DNA of 64,000 nucleotides. Source: Clostridia bacterium. GTDB taxonomy: Bacteria; Bacillota; Clostridia; Oscillospirales; CAG-272. The DNA is taken from contig JAFTXX010000003.1 in NCBI GenBank assembly GCA_017461475.1, positions 43,171-107,170 of the forward strand. Direction: 5' to 3'. The notes below the pieces were generated by a model that did no database searches, had not been told where the DNA came from, and saw only the letters and a list, made by a program, of their open reading frames with translations. The position numbers and the translations under genes are program-made. Positions within the stretch are counted from its first letter, which is position 1. The number at the start of each line of letters is the position of its first letter. Of this stretch, positions 61,772-64,000 are shown one piece after another.

Positions 61772-64000
61772 ATGAAAAAACTGTTGATTGTCATACTTGC
61801 TGTTATGCTGGTATTCGGCATGGCAGTGACCTCATTTGCCGATGAAGAGATCCGCGGCGAGGGCGAGCATGACCATAAGCTGATGAACGGTGCGGATATG
61901 GACTACCACTTTGAAGAATGTCAGGTGTGCTTTGAACGTTTTAACGTGAAAGACCATATCTTTAAAGACGGTATATGCACATTCTGCGGATATTCCGAGC
62001 CGAAAAATCCGTTTACAGACGTAAGCGAATCCGCATGGTATTACAGCGACGTTATTACCGCTTATGTGGATAAGCTTATCAACGGTAAGACCGAAACTAA
62101 ATTTGAGCCCGACCTAAATATCACATATGTCGAAGCGATAAAACTTGCGGCATGTATGCACCAGAAATATACCACGGGCAAGGTAACTCTCACAGTTGGC
62201 AATCCTTGGTATGCGCCTTATCTTGAGTATTGCATCGAAAACGGCATCTTGCGCGAGGAGCACGGCTATGACCTAAGCGCTCAGGCAACAAGACAGGGTT
62301 ATATGCGTATATTTGCATATTCACTTCCTGCAGAGGCACTCGAAGAGATAAACTTTGTTGCCGAAAACGCAATCCCTGATGTAAAGAACGATCCTGCAAT
62401 CTACAAGCTTTACCGCGCAGGTATCGTAGGTGGAGTGGATGCGGCACGCAATTGCAATCCTAATGCAAATATCAAGCGCAGTGAGGTTGCGGCGGTTCTC
62501 ACAAGAATGATGAACAAGGCGGCAAGAATAGAGTTTACTCTCGGGGAAAAGCCTGTCGAGACCGAGCCGCTTCGCTTTACAGGCGCGTCATCCTATTCCT
62601 ACTACGGACAGTACGTATTCTCGGTTACCGCTGAGGGCGGCAAGGCTCCACACATATATACTTGGTACTGCAAGGACGGCGGCAAAGAAAGCGTTATTGA
62701 ACACGGTGCTTTTGCAATACTTGAAACCGAGAACGTGGGTAAGAATGACGGAATCATCGCATTCCCGTTCAAGGAAGACAACCCCTACCTCGGCAAGCAG
62801 TTAAAACTTGTAGTTACAGATGCAAACGGTGAAAGCATTGATACGGGGTATACCGATATTCCTGCATACTTCGAGGTGGAGGCACCCGAAGAGGAAGCTC
62901 CTACAGTAACATACGAAAAGCTTACAATAACAAAGCAACCCGAATATGTTGCAAAGGCTGAGGACGGTATGCTTATCTACTATGAGGTATCGGTAGATGG
63001 CGGCAAGGCGCCGTACAACTATGAGTGGTTCTATTACACGGGAACTAAAAACCTGACTGCTCCTATTGAAAACGGCGAGTTTGCACTTGTAGACGAGGGT
63101 AAACTCGGACTTGGATTTTATCTTGACAGCCCGTATATTTCAAAGCGTTTTGCTTGCAAAGTTACCGATGCAAACGGCGAAAGCGTTGTAACAAATATGA
63201 TAAAGATGCCCGATGCTCCATTTACTATGGAGATCGAGAGCATAGACAAAATTTCTCTCGGTACAATTGTGGTTGGCAGAGTTAAAACGGGCACTCTGCT
63301 GGTTGGCGAGTCGGTTGCCGTTTGCTATGACGACAAGTACACCTACGGTATAGGCAAGGTGGAAAAAATCGAAATGTTCAATAAGGCGCTTGACAAGGCG
63401 GAGGCAAACGACCGCGTGGGTATTCTTCTGCCCGATTTCGGCACGGTCACTACACGTGATAGCCTTATCAGAACATACGACGAAATGGGACTTATCGGCG
63501 ATAGTAAAAACATTGTTATTAAAAAGCCTGTGAGAGCCGGCATCAGCTATACGCCGAGAGGAGATATCGGTGACTGGACAACAGTGACTGCTTATGCCCA
63601 CGGCGGCAAAGAACCCTATACCTATGAGTGGCAGATAATGATACTTGACGGACAGTATATTTCGCTGAAGGACTTTACAAATTCTTCGGCATGGGCAAAC
63701 GGATTTGATAAAGACACTTTGAATTTGCAGGTACGCGAGGAGCAGTATACAAAGGGCTATGCCTTCCGTTGCATGGTGACTGATGCAAACGGCTCTGTTG
63801 CGTATACGGATGCGAAAATTCCCACACCGTATACGCTGATTGTCGGTAAGCATCCCGAGAGCGTGTATGCAAACTACGGTGAAAAGGTTGAATTTACCGT
63901 AAAGGCATACGGTTCGCGTGACAGCGAACTCAAGTATCAATGGCAGTATACTTATGACGGTGCCAAGACATTTAGGGACATTCTACCTACCGACTCATGG
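61772..64000 (+). CDS. Paralogous secreted protein (3'-truncated by the window edge) with the same N-terminal architecture, several GGK.PY.YEW...VTDANG modules and an internal EF-Tu domain-2-like barrel
   Basis: AAAGGAG RBS before the ATG at 61772. I translated the frame by hand to nt 64000 without meeting a stop. It is absent from the ORF track because it has no stop in the window. Confidence 0.8.
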   Translation, partial: MKKLLIVILAVMLVFGMAVTSFADEEIRGEGEHDHKLMNGADMDYHFEECQVCFERFNVKDHIFKDGICTFCGYSEPKNPFTDVSESAWYYSDVITAYVDKLINGKTETKFEPDLNITYVEAIKLAACMHQKYTTGKVTLTVGNPWYAPYLEYCIENGILREEHGYDLSAQATRQGYMRIFAYSLPAEALEEINFVAENAIPDVKNDPAIYKLYRAGIVGGVDAARNCNPNANIKRSEVAAVLTRMMNKAARIEFTLGEKPVETEPLRFTGASSYSYYGQYVFSVTAEGGKAPHIYTWYCKDGGKESVIEHGAFAILETENVGKNDGIIAFPFKEDNPYLGKQLKLVVTDANGESIDTGYTDIPAYFEVEAPEEEAPTVTYEKLTITKQPEYVAKAEDGMLIYYEVSVDGGKAPYNYEWFYYTGTKNLTAPIENGEFALVDEGKLGLGFYLDSPYISKRFACKVTDANGESVVTNMIKMPDAPFTMEIESIDKISLGTIVVGRVKTGTLLVGESVAVCYDDKYTYGIGKVEKIEMFNKALDKAEANDRVGILLPDFGTVTTRDSLIRTYDEMGLIGDSKNIVIKKPVRAGISYTPRGDIGDWTTVTAYAHGGKEPYTYEWQIMILDGQYISLKDFTNSSAWANGFDKDTLNLQVREEQYTKGYAFRCMVTDANGSVAYTDAKIPTPYTLIVGKHPESVYANYGEKVEFTVKAYGSRDSELKYQWQYTYDGAKTFRDILPTDSW

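Overview
The window looks like chromosomal DNA from an S-layer/SLH-bearing Firmicute. The evidence is Clostridia-style GGAGG ribosome-binding sites, lipobox lipoproteins and many SLH wall anchors. I found no rRNA, tRNA, CRISPR array, integrase or transposase.

Gene content, left to right:
- 1-7.6 kb: three paralogous surface proteins.
- 7.6-14.2 kb: SDR oxidoreductase, MATE exporter and an amino-acid ABC importer.
- 14.5-24.2 kb: a carbohydrate locus with a GH43, a radical SAM/SPASM protein, a 666-aa unknown protein and a sugar ABC system.
- 24.5-27.0 kb: an envelope-lipid trio (PAP2, acyltransferase, GtrA).
- 27.2-38.7 kb: a cobalamin-riboswitch-gated operon. It combines a 1,824-aa SLH-anchored protein, an SLH-anchored alpha/alpha-toroid protein and DUF4430-like modules with an ECF importer whose two ATPases and S component are one polypeptide.
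- 39.3-54.5 kb: a sulfur-amino-acid block (metY, cysK, hydE-like, metF, tcdA, Rrf2, LysR, M20 amidohydrolase, ABC importer, two C-S lyases). It is preceded by a Met/Cys-rich mini-ORF plus terminator that looks like a leader-peptide attenuator.
- 54.8-64.0 kb: a membrane-embedded LuxR-type regulator divergent from three secreted SLH-like proteins. One has about 62 Cys in 280 residues, and two carry EF-Tu domain-2-like barrels.

Intergenic DNA contains two families of palindromic repeats.

Most interesting: the B12 surface-capture/ECF operon, the Met/Cys leader attenuator, and the Cys-rich / EF-Tu-D2 surface-protein cluster. All domain calls are by-eye motif recognition and none has been checked by search.
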